64,000 bases of DNA from Saprospira grandis (GTDB lineage Bacteria > Bacteroidota > Bacteroidia > Chitinophagales > Saprospiraceae), in assembly GCF_027594745.1 (NCBI RefSeq), contig NZ_CP110854.1:1116241-1180240 (forward strand), in the 5' to 3' direction. Below, piece after piece: positions 48,899-57,864 of this stretch. The notes beneath the pieces were generated by a model. It was given only the letters and a program-made list of their open reading frames with translations, did no database searches and was not told where the DNA came from. The number at the start of each line of letters is the position of its first letter. Within the stretch, counting starts at the first letter, position 1. Position numbers and translations under genes: made by a program.

Positions 48899-48931
48899 GG
48901 CGAGTCAACTTAGGTTGACTCGCCTTTTTTA
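48899..48931 (+). terminator. Rho-independent terminator after dnaK
   Basis: GGCGAGTCAACttagGTTGACTCGCCttttttt. Confidence 0.8.
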
Positions 48932-48978
48932 TGTCTTGGCTGTCTATTCTTTATTATCTTTGGACCAAAATCTAACTT

Positions 48979-49629
48979 ATGGCGACATCCCCCAGGCTCC
49001 GCTACTTTCTGCTTATACCTATGCTAATTTATTTCCTTTTCCTCTTTTGGTTCCACTGGATTCAGCCCAAAACGCCAACTAAAGCCGAGAAAATTGCGGC
49101 CAATAATGAAGCTATTGCCGCCTATGTCGAACGCTTCCACCCTCTCGCTATTGCCGAGATGCACAGACTAGGCGTGCCCGCTAGTATTACCCTGGCCCAA
49201 GGTATCCTAGAGTCTCAATACGGAAAAAGCGAATTGGCCCAACAAGCCAATAATCACTTCGGCATGAAGTGCGGCGGCAACTGGGATGGCGATAGCTACT
49301 CTAAGTTTACCGGAGAATGGAATAATGAAGCCCAATCTTACCGCCAATTGGCCTGCTTCCGCGTTTTTGATTCTGCCGAAGCCTCTTTTAGAGCACATTC
49401 CGACTTCCTGCGCTACCGCAAGTATTACCAAAAGCTCTTTCTCCTCCCCTCCAAAGATTATAAGGCCTGGGCCAAAGGCTTACAAGCCGCAGGCTATGCC
49501 ACAGACCCCAAATATCCCGATAAACTCATTTCTCTCATCGAACGATTTGAGCTGGACCAATATGATCAGCTCCTGCTCCGCCCAGAATCACCCTGGGTGC
49601 TGGCTCCAGATACCCTCTCTTTCGACTAA
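48979..49629 (+). CDS. Glucosaminidase-domain protein (mannosyl-glycoprotein endo-beta-N-acetylglucosaminidase / FlgJ-like family)
   Basis: 216 aa; N-terminal TM/signal; ASITLAQGILESQYGKSELAQQANNHFGMKC matches the glucosaminidase (GH73-like) signature. Confidence 0.7.
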   Translation: MATSPRLRYFLLIPMLIYFLFLFWFHWIQPKTPTKAEKIAANNEAIAAYVERFHPLAIAEMHRLGVPASITLAQGILESQYGKSELAQQANNHFGMKCGGNWDGDSYSKFTGEWNNEAQSYRQLACFRVFDSAEASFRAHSDFLRYRKYYQKLFLLPSKDYKAWAKGLQAAGYATDPKYPDKLISLIERFELDQYDQLLLRPESPWVLAPDTLSFD

Positions 49630-49641
49630 CGATTATATGCT

Positions 49642-51336
49642 ATGCGCTTGCTCTCTTTTTTTGCCCTTTTCTTGCTCCTCGCCTGCCAAAATGAATCCCA
49701 AAAAGCGGAGCTGCTCATCTTTAATGGCCCTATTTATACCCTAGATAGTAGCCAAGCTCAGGTCGAAGCCCTGGCCGTAGCCAATGGGAAAATTATCGCT
49801 CTCGGAAATTGGAGCGATATCCAAAAGTATCAAAGCCCTAGTACCGAACTGCTCGATCTTAAGGGCAAAACCCTGATTCCCGCCTTTGTTGAAAGCCATG
49901 CCCATATTCTGGGCCTAGGGCAGTTTAAACGAGAACTGGACCTCAGCCAAGTCAAAAGCTATGAGGAGCTGATCCAATTGGTCCAAGAACAAGCTGCCAA
50001 AACGCCAAAAGGCGAATGGATTCTTGGCCGCGCCTGGCATCAAAGTAAATGGGACTCTCTCCCCTTTTCTATCAAAGGCTACCAAACGCATGATGCCCTC
50101 AGCCAAGCCGTCCCCGATCATCCCGTTTTGCTGATGCACGCTAGCGCCCACGCCCTAATGGCCAACGAAAAAGCCATGCAGTTGGCGGGCCTAACTCCCG
50201 AAACCCAAATGAATGAAGAAGGCGAGATTATCCGCTTTCCCAATGGCCGCCCCACAGGCATTTTTACCGAAAATGCCATGTCGATAATTAAGCAGGCCCT
50301 GCCGCCCGCCGATGAAAATAGCCGCTACCAAGATCTACAAGCGGGTATCCAAGAGGCCCTTAGCTACGGTATTGGCAGCCTGCAAGATGCAGGCTCCGAT
50401 TCTGCCGCTATTGCGCTTTACCGAAAAGCCCTGGCCCAAAATGAACTCCCGCTCCGCCTTTGGGTAATGCTGGCCTATAATAATTATGCTGCCGAGGTCC
50501 AAGGCCAAGACGATCCTTTCCTAGAAAAATGGCTGAAAAAAGGCCCCGAAAAAGGCGATTTTCTCAGTATCGGAGGCATTAAGCTTTATGCCGATGGCGC
50601 CCTAGGCTCTAGAGGCGCTTGGATGCTCGAGGAGTATAGCGACCGAGCTGGCCATTTTGGCCACCCTACTCTCCCCCTGAAAACCATTGAGAAGATTGCC
50701 GAAAAAGCCCTGCTGGCCGACTTCCAACTCTGTACTCACGCCATCGGCGACCGCGCCAACCGAGAGCTGCTCAATATTTATGAACGGGTCCTAAAAGCCC
50801 AACCCCAAGCCGCCAAAGACCACCGCTTCCGAATTGAACATGCCCAACATATTGCCCCCCAAGATATTCCCCGCTTTGCCCAGCTAGATGTTATTGCCTC
50901 GGTCCAAGGGATCCACTTTTCTTCCGATCGCCCCTGGGCCCAAAGCCGCCTAGGCCGCCTGCGCATCGCTATGGGCGCCTACCGCTGGAAACAATTGCTG
51001 GACTCTGGCGCCAAACTGATTAACGGCACCGATGCCCCCGTCGAGTCGATCAATCCGATCGCCTGCTTTTATAGCCTAGTCAGCCGCCAAGCCAATGATG
51101 GCCAAGTCTATGAAGCCGACCAAAAGCTGAGCCGCCTGCAGGCCCTAAAGGCCTATACCCTAGATGCCGCCTATGGCGCTTTTCAAGAAAAGGAAAAAGG
51201 CAGCCTAGAGCTCGGAAAGTTTGCCGATTTTGCCATCCTTTCCCAAGATATTATGCAGGTCCCGCTCCAAGATATTCCCCAAACTAAGGTCCTGCAAACT
51301 ATTGTAGATGGTAAAACGGTCTATTTGAGGGAGTAG
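49642..51336 (+). CDS. Amidohydrolase-family metal-dependent hydrolase (Amidohydro_3-type, secreted/lipoprotein)
   Basis: 564 aa. Signal/lipobox LLLACQ. Metal-binding HAH motif near the N-terminus of the barrel (FVESHAHIL). Distal HA.GD and GTD.P motifs. Confidence 0.7.
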   Translation: MRLLSFFALFLLLACQNESQKAELLIFNGPIYTLDSSQAQVEALAVANGKIIALGNWSDIQKYQSPSTELLDLKGKTLIPAFVESHAHILGLGQFKRELDLSQVKSYEELIQLVQEQAAKTPKGEWILGRAWHQSKWDSLPFSIKGYQTHDALSQAVPDHPVLLMHASAHALMANEKAMQLAGLTPETQMNEEGEIIRFPNGRPTGIFTENAMSIIKQALPPADENSRYQDLQAGIQEALSYGIGSLQDAGSDSAAIALYRKALAQNELPLRLWVMLAYNNYAAEVQGQDDPFLEKWLKKGPEKGDFLSIGGIKLYADGALGSRGAWMLEEYSDRAGHFGHPTLPLKTIEKIAEKALLADFQLCTHAIGDRANRELLNIYERVLKAQPQAAKDHRFRIEHAQHIAPQDIPRFAQLDVIASVQGIHFSSDRPWAQSRLGRLRIAMGAYRWKQLLDSGAKLINGTDAPVESINPIACFYSLVSRQANDGQVYEADQKLSRLQALKAYTLDAAYGAFQEKEKGSLELGKFADFAILSQDIMQVPLQDIPQTKVLQTIVDGKTVYLRE

Positions 51337-51341
51337 GATTT

Positions 51342-51505
51342 GGGGCGTTACTCCTTTCAGTCGTCGAACTGCGGACTAAAGTCCTTGTTGTCGCTGCGGC
51401 TTCGCCTTGCGGCGCTACGTTCCGCAGCTCGCTATTCGCTCGGCCCTGCGGCCTGACGGCCTTGGTCTGCGGCTTCGCCGCACTGCTACACATCGCTAGG
51501 CCGCT
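51342..51505. repeat. GC-rich interspersed repeat family, copy 14
   Basis: tttggggcgttactcctttcagtcgtcgaactgcggactaaagtccttgttgtcgctgcggcttcgccttgcggcgctacgttccgcagctcgctattcgctcggccctgcgg...; near-duplicate of copy 1. Confidence 0.85.
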
Positions 51506-51585
51506 CATCTGCCTTTTTCTAGCTTAAGTTTCTTCTTTGGCGGCTGGGTTGTTTTGGCCCCATGGGCTAAAGCCCATTTGCGGCA

Positions 51586-52005
51586 AGCTATTCTGCAACT
51601 ACAAAATGGCATCTTACAGTTGCGCTAAGCTATTCTGCAATTGCAAAACGGCATATTACAGTTGCGCTAAGCTATTCTGCAACTGCAAAACGGCATCTTA
51701 CAGTTGCGCTAAGCTATTCTGCAACTGCAAAATGGCATATTACAGTTGCGGCAAGCTATTCTGCAACTACAAAACGGCATCTTACAGTTGCGGCAAGCTA
51801 TTCTGCAACTGCAAAATGGCATATTACAGTTGCGGCAAGCTATTCTGCAACTACAAAATGGCATATTACAGTTGCGCTAAGCTATTCTGCAACTGCAAAA
51901 CGGCATATTACAGTTGCGCTAAGCTATTCTGCAACTGCAAAACGGCATATTACAGTTGCGCTAAGCTATTCGCAATTTGTGAAATGGCATTTGTTTGGGC
52001 CTTAG
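51586..52005. repeat. Tandem repeat, 42-bp unit x ~10, each unit with an internal 7-bp inverted repeat
   Basis: Unit agctattctgcaact(a/g)caaaa(t/c)ggcat(c/a)ttacagttgcg(c/g)(t/c)a. Phase checked at 51586, 51628, 51670, 51712, 51754, 51796, 51838, 51880, 51922, 51964. Internal stem GCAACTG...CAGTTGC. Spanned by a 158-aa ORF (51537..52013) that is probably not a real gene. Confidence 0.9.
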
Positions 52006-52084
52006 CTGGCTAGGATTTGGCCAATCATCGCCTAGGGACAAGCCCCTAGGCAGCAAAAAGGGCAAACAAAAAAGCCCAGCCACT

Positions 52085-52175
52085 CCCCTAAGGGATTCCT
52101 TAGGGAATCCCGCAGAGGGGTGGGTGGGCGGGTTATATTGCGAATGAGGAGCGCAGCGACGAATACCGCTTTTGG
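52085..52175. repeat. S hairpin module of the repeat family (third occurrence)
   Basis: agggattccttagggaatcccgcagaggggtgggtgggcgggttatattgcgaatgaggagcgcagcgacgaataccgc; compare 12985-13095 and 21335-21430. Confidence 0.8.
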
Positions 52176-52195
52176 GCCTCCTCAAGAGCAGCGCA

Positions 52196-53377
52196 TTAGG
52201 CTAATTTTTGAACGGCAGTACTCGCATCTCCATAGTTTTGGCCGGGCGCAACGCTAAGTAGATTAACGCCAGGTTTTTTACCTGGGGCAAAGCTGCCTAG
52301 TTCCTCCTCAAAGCCGAGGGCTTCGGCACCGTTTAGGGTGGCCCATTGCAAGAGTGTCTCAAAAGGGACATAAGACTGGTAGCGGCGGATAGTCTTTATC
52401 TCTTCTAGAATAGAGAGGGACCAATTAGAGGTAAGGCTATCGGTGCCTAAACAAACCTTAGCGCCTTTTTTCAAAAATGCCTGATAATTGGGCAAGCGAT
52501 TTTCGATATAGAGATTGGCATTGGGGCAGCTGGCCCAATAAACCGATTTGCCCCAGCTTTTGGCAAAAGCAATATCCTGCTCAGAAGTAAGGGTATTATG
52601 CACAAAAAGCGTTCGTTGTTCGGGGTCCATTTGCGAGAGGGCATAATGAATGGCCGTGCGGCCATTAGGCTGGAATTGGTCCAGAGAAAAACCAAACTGC
52701 CCATAAAAATCGACAAAGCCGCCTGTTCCTGTCAGGAAAAGTTCTTGTTCTGGAGGCGTCTCTTGATTGTGAATACTTACCGTATGGGCTTCTCCTTGGT
52801 TGGCGGCATTGATGCGCTCGAACAATTGGGGAGAAACAGAATAAGGGGCATGAGGCACCATCACCTTTTTGCTGCCTTCTGCTAGGGGGAGTGCATCATA
52901 AACGGCCTTATATTTTTCAAATTCGGCCTCGGCATTGGCGGCTTGTAAAAAATCGAAGCATTCGACAAAGCTATAATAGCGCAGGCGGCCCTTGGCCTTT
53001 TGGGAAAAGGTATCGGGAACATTGGTAATATCGCCTACGGCCACAATACCATTCGCAATCATTTGGTCCTCGGCCCAAGCGATAGCCTCGGCAATTTCGG
53101 TTTCGGGCGCATTGCGTCTAGACACCACCTGCTTAATAAAGTCGATGAGGCCCGTGCCCGTTTCTACTTTACCCAGCATATGAGAGAGCTCCAAATGGCA
53201 ATGGGCATTAATAAAGCCTGGGACCAAAATCCCTTCATGGATCTCGATCTCTTCATCGGGATAATTGGCCCTTTGGCCTATTTCTAGGATGCGGCCCTCA
53301 TCATCAAGGACCAAAACGCCCTCTTTGATGGGGGCTTCGCTAATTGGGTAAATATAATCGGCGCTTATTTTTCTCAT
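52196..53377 (-). CDS. Amidohydrolase-family protein (chlorohydrolase/nucleoside-deaminase-like)
   Basis: The ORF-track start 53404 is TTG; first ATG at comp 53375-77 ([16 protein letters not shown]...). [14 protein letters not shown] metal-binding motif; distal HxH...D pattern of the amidohydrolase TIM barrel. Confidence 0.7.
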   Translation of the reverse strand: MRKISADYIYPISEAPIKEGVLVLDDEGRILEIGQRANYPDEEIEIHEGILVPGFINAHCHLELSHMLGKVETGTGLIDFIKQVVSRRNAPETEIAEAIAWAEDQMIANGIVAVGDITNVPDTFSQKAKGRLRYYSFVECFDFLQAANAEAEFEKYKAVYDALPLAEGSKKVMVPHAPYSVSPQLFERINAANQGEAHTVSIHNQETPPEQELFLTGTGGFVDFYGQFGFSLDQFQPNGRTAIHYALSQMDPEQRTLFVHNTLTSEQDIAFAKSWGKSVYWASCPNANLYIENRLPNYQAFLKKGAKVCLGTDSLTSNWSLSILEEIKTIRRYQSYVPFETLLQWATLNGAEALGFEEELGSFAPGKKPGVNLLSVAPGQNYGDASTAVQKLA

Positions 53378-53443
53378 GGTATATGTCTTTAATTTGAGGG
53401 GCAAAAATAGCTAAAACTATTGATTTTATCCTTAAAAATGCGG

Positions 53444-53590
53444 TGGACAGGCGGCGAAGCCGCCGCAGGCTGAGGGATGGACAGCAGTGGCCGTCAGGCC
53501 AGACCCAGCCGCCGCAGGCGGCGCAGGGCCGAGCGAAGAGCGAGCTGCGACACAGCCCGACCCGAGCGAAGCGAGGGGCAGCCCCAAAAT
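53444..53590. repeat. GC-rich interspersed repeat family, copy 16
   Basis: gacaggcggcgaagccgccgcaggctgagggatggacagcagtggccgtcaggccagacccagccgccgcaggcggcgcagggccgagcgaagagcgagctgcgacacagcccgacccgagcgaagcgaggggcagccccaaaa. Confidence 0.85.
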
Positions 53591-53634
53591 AGCGGCATAA
53601 AAAAAGCCTCCCTAGGGAAGCTTTTCCTTAATAT

Positions 53635-54678
53635 TTAGAGCAGCCTTAATTTCTCGGGGCCACAGCCTAATTCATCGGCTAGATGGCCGCCATTTTCGCA
53701 GAGGGGGAGCAACTCCTCCTGGAGGAAAGGCTGCACCTTAGGCTGGATTGATTTGGGGTAGAGCAGATGTAGATTGGGGCCTGCATCTAGGGTAAAATAG
53801 AGGGGGAAATTCGTTTGTTGGCGCCAATCTCGGACCTTCTCGATCAGGGCCAAACTATTGGGCTGCATCAGCAAATAAGAAGGGCGAGAAGTCATCATGA
53901 GAGCGTGTAGCATCAGGGCCTCTTCCTCGGCAATTTGGCCAAAGGTGGCCCAATCGCCAGCTTGGAGAGCGGGCAAAAGTTTGCCCAAATTCTCCTCCGC
54001 CAATTGGTAGCGAAGGGGGGCAAAAGGGTTGCCCTCCATCAGTTTGTGGCCGGCAGTACTAGAGACCGACTTCTCAGCCTGGCTCACCAGCAAAATAGTA
54101 TCTTGGACCGCCTTAAAATCATCATGCAGGAGCTCGCCGCAGGGGCTAGCCCAAAGATTAGAGCTCCCCTTTAGCTGCTTAGACTCGCCCCAAGAGGCGG
54201 CCATAGGGTAAAGCGATCGGCAGGCAGAGCCAGAGCCCAGTCGGGCAAAATAGCTGGCCTTTTGCCAAAACTCGGCCTGATCGGAAGCGGGGCCAAGGCC
54301 CAATTCGGCCGCCATATCGCAGAGGCAGAGGGCCAGAGCGCTCATGCTAGAAGCGGAGGAAGCGATGCCCGCAGAATGGGGAAAAGAATTCTTAGAATCC
54401 AGTTCTAGGGCGTATTCATCGAGAAAAGGCAGCTCTTCGAGAATGCTTTCTAGAAAACCCTGAATACGTTGGGCAAAAGCTGGTTTTTCTTGGCCTTCAA
54501 ACAAAAAGCGCAACTGAATACCGCCCTTAGCTTTGGGGCTATAGCGGAGGGTCGTTTGGCTATAGGCGGCAGAAAGCGTAAAGCTTAGCGAAGCATTTTT
54601 GGGAAGTTGGCGGCCGTATTTGCCCCAATACTTAATAATGGCAATATTGGAGGGGCTTTTCCAGCAAGTTTGATTCAT
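53635..54678 (-). CDS. mvaD: Diphosphomevalonate decarboxylase (mevalonate pathway, GHMP-kinase fold)
   Basis: 347 aa. N-terminal SPSNIAIIKYWGKY is the hallmark MVD motif. GHMP ATP-binding region GIASSASSMSALAL. Confidence 0.85.
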   Translation of the reverse strand: MNQTCWKSPSNIAIIKYWGKYGRQLPKNASLSFTLSAAYSQTTLRYSPKAKGGIQLRFLFEGQEKPAFAQRIQGFLESILEELPFLDEYALELDSKNSFPHSAGIASSASSMSALALCLCDMAAELGLGPASDQAEFWQKASYFARLGSGSACRSLYPMAASWGESKQLKGSSNLWASPCGELLHDDFKAVQDTILLVSQAEKSVSSTAGHKLMEGNPFAPLRYQLAEENLGKLLPALQAGDWATFGQIAEEEALMLHALMMTSRPSYLLMQPNSLALIEKVRDWRQQTNFPLYFTLDAGPNLHLLYPKSIQPKVQPFLQEELLPLCENGGHLADELGCGPEKLRLL

Positions 54679-54685
54679 GATATAC

Positions 54686-56188
54686 TTATTTTGATGTTGA
54701 TTCAGGGGCTTCCATAAAGCTTTGGGGCTCTAGAAAAGCAAATTGATAATATCTGAAATAAAGGGATTGCAGACCGAGAAATAGGCGGCCATCCTCTAGG
54801 GGGTAGCTCAATTCGGGACAGAGCAACTCATCTTTAAATTCGTAAGATAATAACTGTTTCTCTTTTAGCTTGCCTTGGGCATCTATTTGGGCTAGGTAGG
54901 CGCCTGATTCGCGGCCATAGAGGCCTCGATTGAAGAGCAGATACAGCTTGTCGGCCTTCTCCCAAAGGTAAGGGCGTAAAAAGCTAGCCTTAGACTTGGG
55001 AAAAGAGTTATGTTTGAGGATACTCTGCTCCCAGAGTAGCTCTCCAGCTTCAGAGAAGCAGAGCAGAAAAATATTGTGGCTTTTAAAGTTATGAATGCCA
55101 TAGGGACGTTCTTCAGCTAGGAGGATCAAGCGACCATCGGCCAGTTGTCGGAAGCTAATCGTTTTGTAATTGCGCAGCTCTGTTTTCTCCTTAATTCGCC
55201 CTAACTTCCGATGCAATAATCGGGATTTTAGCGAGTCGGAAAAGGACTGCTTATACTTTTTGAGCACCTGATTTCGGGCGGCATTTATCTTAATAAAAAA
55301 ATAGCCAGCTTGTTTATAATATTTTTTCTGCGAGTAGAGGCCCGTCCAATAAATATTGCCCTCCTCATCAAAGAGGAGCTCCATTTCATTGTAGAAAAAC
55401 TCGCCTAATTTGGGCGTAAAGCGCACAAACTCCTCCGCTTTTTGGCCCACAAAAAAGACCAGAGGGTCTGCCGTCACCTTTTTGAGTTGATAAGAGCGTT
55501 TTTCTCTAAACTGATCGCTCAGAATAGCCACCACCCCTTGATTACTAATTTTTAGTTTTTGAATGGCAATCACTCTTTTTCCGCTTTGGTTGGGAGAAAG
55601 GTCTAGCTTGCGCTCCCAAAGCAGCTGAAGACTGGCATCGAGCACCCGCAGGCGGATGCTATTGGTAAGTCCCCGAATATCTTCAATATCGCCTTCTTCC
55701 TCATAATCGTAAAGCAGCAATTTGCTCCCATCTGGAGAAAGGACAAAATTGCCTCGGTAGAGGCGCTCTGTCATATTAAAGGGAGGAATCAGGGCAATGC
55801 TATCGGGAGATAAGCGAAAACTATCGGGCAAAATTTCTTTGGCATAGAGGCTCACATCCTCATAGCGCTGAAGAGCCTTATTGTCTATATAGTAGGAATA
55901 GAGCAAATAGTTTTTGTCCTGAATGTGCATGGCTCCGCCATATTTTCGCTTTCGGTCGCTTGAAATATAGCGGCCCTTTAGCTTGAGCTGCCCATCGTAA
56001 ATTTCGGTTTCGGCCTTATCGAATTGCTTATTAAAGCGCAAAATCTGAAAGCGATTCTCCTCATACTCTAAAAGCGCATAGGTTTTATAGTTACCTAATC
56101 GCTCTTGGCGCTCGCCCAAAAATAGCCCTTGTGCGCCCAAGAATAAAGGGAAAAAGCTAATCAATAATAGAAGTATAATTTTATGCAT
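54686..56188 (-). CDS. Secreted hypothetical protein
   Basis: 500 aa; signal peptide ILLLLISFFPLFLGAQG; Y/K/L-rich, repetitive beta-rich character; no catalytic motif recognised. Confidence 0.5.
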   Translation of the reverse strand: MHKIILLLLISFFPLFLGAQGLFLGERQERLGNYKTYALLEYEENRFQILRFNKQFDKAETEIYDGQLKLKGRYISSDRKRKYGGAMHIQDKNYLLYSYYIDNKALQRYEDVSLYAKEILPDSFRLSPDSIALIPPFNMTERLYRGNFVLSPDGSKLLLYDYEEEGDIEDIRGLTNSIRLRVLDASLQLLWERKLDLSPNQSGKRVIAIQKLKISNQGVVAILSDQFREKRSYQLKKVTADPLVFFVGQKAEEFVRFTPKLGEFFYNEMELLFDEEGNIYWTGLYSQKKYYKQAGYFFIKINAARNQVLKKYKQSFSDSLKSRLLHRKLGRIKEKTELRNYKTISFRQLADGRLILLAEERPYGIHNFKSHNIFLLCFSEAGELLWEQSILKHNSFPKSKASFLRPYLWEKADKLYLLFNRGLYGRESGAYLAQIDAQGKLKEKQLLSYEFKDELLCPELSYPLEDGRLFLGLQSLYFRYYQFAFLEPQSFMEAPESTSK

Positions 56189-56364
56189 GTATAGATGATT
56201 TGATGTAAATGTACAGACTTCTTATAGAAGTCTAAACTTAGCCCTAAAGCAAATAGATGAATCTCTGGAACAATCTGGTGGTTTTAAATTAACCAAGCAA
56301 AAGAGAAACTAATTTTGATCTTTTACATTTACCAGACTTTCTATTTATCAAAATCCTTTCTAGA

Positions 56365-56679
56365 ATGATTGGTATTTTTATACTTATTGGCGTTATTCGC
56401 AATTATTGGAACTTAGCAAAAGCTAGAGGCAAGAATGCTTATTTATGGGCATTTCTATCTTTTATTATTTATTATGGCTTAATGCTACTCATGGCCATCG
56501 CCATTATGTTTTTCCTAGGAGATTATATTGAAGAAGATACCGCCTCTGAGTTCCTCTTCAATTTAGTTATTGGTATTCTATCTTTACTTTTCACTTATTT
56601 ACTAGGCCCAGTCCTTATTAAAGATGATAAGGCCCTCTCTTTGGAGGAGCAAAACGACATCTTAGATGCTGGCCTTTAA
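56365..56679 (+). CDS. Small 3-TM membrane protein, paralogue 1 of tandem array (C-terminal ...NDILDAGL)
   Basis: 104 aa; shared loop motif KNAYLWAF; C-terminal tail NDILDAGL. Confidence 0.55.
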   Translation: MIGIFILIGVIRNYWNLAKARGKNAYLWAFLSFIIYYGLMLLMAIAIMFFLGDYIEEDTASEFLFNLVIGILSLLFTYLLGPVLIKDDKALSLEEQNDILDAGL

Positions 56680-56688
56680 ATTATCATT

Positions 56689-57012
56689 ATGATCATACTC
56701 ACTATTATCCTTGCAGGCGCCCTAGCCATTGGCAAATGGTATTGGGATAGCGCCGCCGAGCAATCCCTGCCCAAACTCAAATGGCTACTCATTGGTATGG
56801 GCCTATTTATTGGCAGCTATATCCTCATCGGGATAGTGGTCTCCCTAGTTTTTCAGTTCGTTTTTGGCGATCTGGCCATTGGTATACATGAAATTGGCAA
56901 AATTCTTATTACCGCCTCTTTGGCTATTAGTGTCTGCAAATGGGGCAACAAACGCTGGCTAGAAAATTATAGCCCTCCCCAAAAATCAGATATCTTAGAT
57001 GCGGATATATAA
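56689..57012 (+). CDS. Small 3-TM membrane protein, paralogue 2 (C-terminal SDILDADI)
   Basis: 107 aa; loop LPKLKWLLIG; ends ...PPQKSDILDADI. Confidence 0.55.
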   Translation: MIILTIILAGALAIGKWYWDSAAEQSLPKLKWLLIGMGLFIGSYILIGIVVSLVFQFVFGDLAIGIHEIGKILITASLAISVCKWGNKRWLENYSPPQKSDILDADI

Positions 57013-57023
57013 ACCAGTTTCCT

Positions 57024-57335
57024 ATGCAATTGACTATTTATTTACTCCTGTTCTCTTTTTTTCTGACCTTAGTTCTTTACGGACATTACCGCCTCAAAGC
57101 TCAAGCTGCTAGACTAAATCCAGAAATTTGGGGCCTAGCTGGCCCCATGCTTTTCTTTGGCCTCAATCATTACCTCAGCCTGCTCATTATTGCCCTTCGG
57201 GAGAGCATCAGTAATATTGATTTATTTCTCGCCCTCAGTATAGCAGGCAGCCTTCTTAGCTTTGCGGCCATTTTCTTTATGGCCCCTTACCTAATTTCTA
57301 CGGTCCAAACAACAGCAGAACATGAACGCGATTAG
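57024..57335 (+). CDS. Small 3-TM membrane protein, paralogue 3 (lacks the conserved tail)
   Basis: 103 aa; loop LNPEIWGLAG; ends ...TTAEHERD; overlaps the next paralogue by 14 nt. Confidence 0.5.
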   Translation: MQLTIYLLLFSFFLTLVLYGHYRLKAQAARLNPEIWGLAGPMLFFGLNHYLSLLIIALRESISNIDLFLALSIAGSLLSFAAIFFMAPYLISTVQTTAEHERD

Positions 57336-57672
57336 CCCCCAGCTCCTCACTTATATCCTTAGCCTAATCAGCCTATTTTACTATGCTTCTCTTGCCCCTA
57401 AACACAGCAAGAACACCTTACTATGGGCAGCTTTTGGCTTTCTTTTTCAGACGGGCCTCTCTATCCTTTTCATCCTATTCAGTAAGGTATTTATCGCCCT
57501 ATTCAAAATCCTTTCTTGGCCCATCAATGATTATTGGGCGATTGGCCTGCTCCTTCTCCCCCTAATCGCCTGCGTCCTTAGCCTTAAGCTGGCCCCTTCT
57601 TTTGTTGCGCCCCAAGCAAAAGGCCCCGCTCCTTCCTCCTCCAATTCAGATATTCTAGATGCGGATATTTAG
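57322..57672 (+). CDS. Small 3-TM membrane protein, paralogue 4 (C-terminal SDILDADI)
   Basis: 116 aa; loop SKNTLLWAAFG; ends ...SSSNSDILDADI. The tail is conserved at nucleotide level with paralogue 2 (cagatat(c/t)(t/c)tagatgcggatat). Confidence 0.55.
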   Translation: MNAISPQLLTYILSLISLFYYASLAPKHSKNTLLWAAFGFLFQTGLSILFILFSKVFIALFKILSWPINDYWAIGLLLLPLIACVLSLKLAPSFVAPQAKGPAPSSSNSDILDADI

Positions 57673-57835
57673 GGGCCCGCGGCCGCCCTTTATATAGGGG
57701 CGGCCGCCGCTAGGCTACGCCGCTCGCAAGTCTGCTCGGCCCTGCAGCCCTGCGGGCTTTGGTCTGGCCCTTCGGGCCACGGCTGCGCAGCGCTGGGCCA
57801 TTTGGCCCTGCGGGCCAAGGGGGCTTCGCCCCCTA
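57672..57835. repeat. GC-rich interspersed repeat family, copy 17
   Basis: ggggcccgcggccgccctttatataggggcggccgccgctaggctacgccgctcgcaagtctgctcggccctgcagccctgcgggctttggtctggcccttcgggccacggctgcgcagcgctgggcc. Confidence 0.8.
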
Positions 57836-57864
57836 CATTCCTAAACCTAGCATAAAACACGCCC

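Noticed and set aside
51586-52005. Possible CRISPR array, or a real Cys-rich repeat protein (ORF 51537..52013)
   Set aside because: No spacers, since the units are contiguous. All variable sites would be non-synonymous, and the ORF starts inside a non-coding repeat element. A structured non-coding satellite is more parsimonious, but the coding possibility is not fully excluded.
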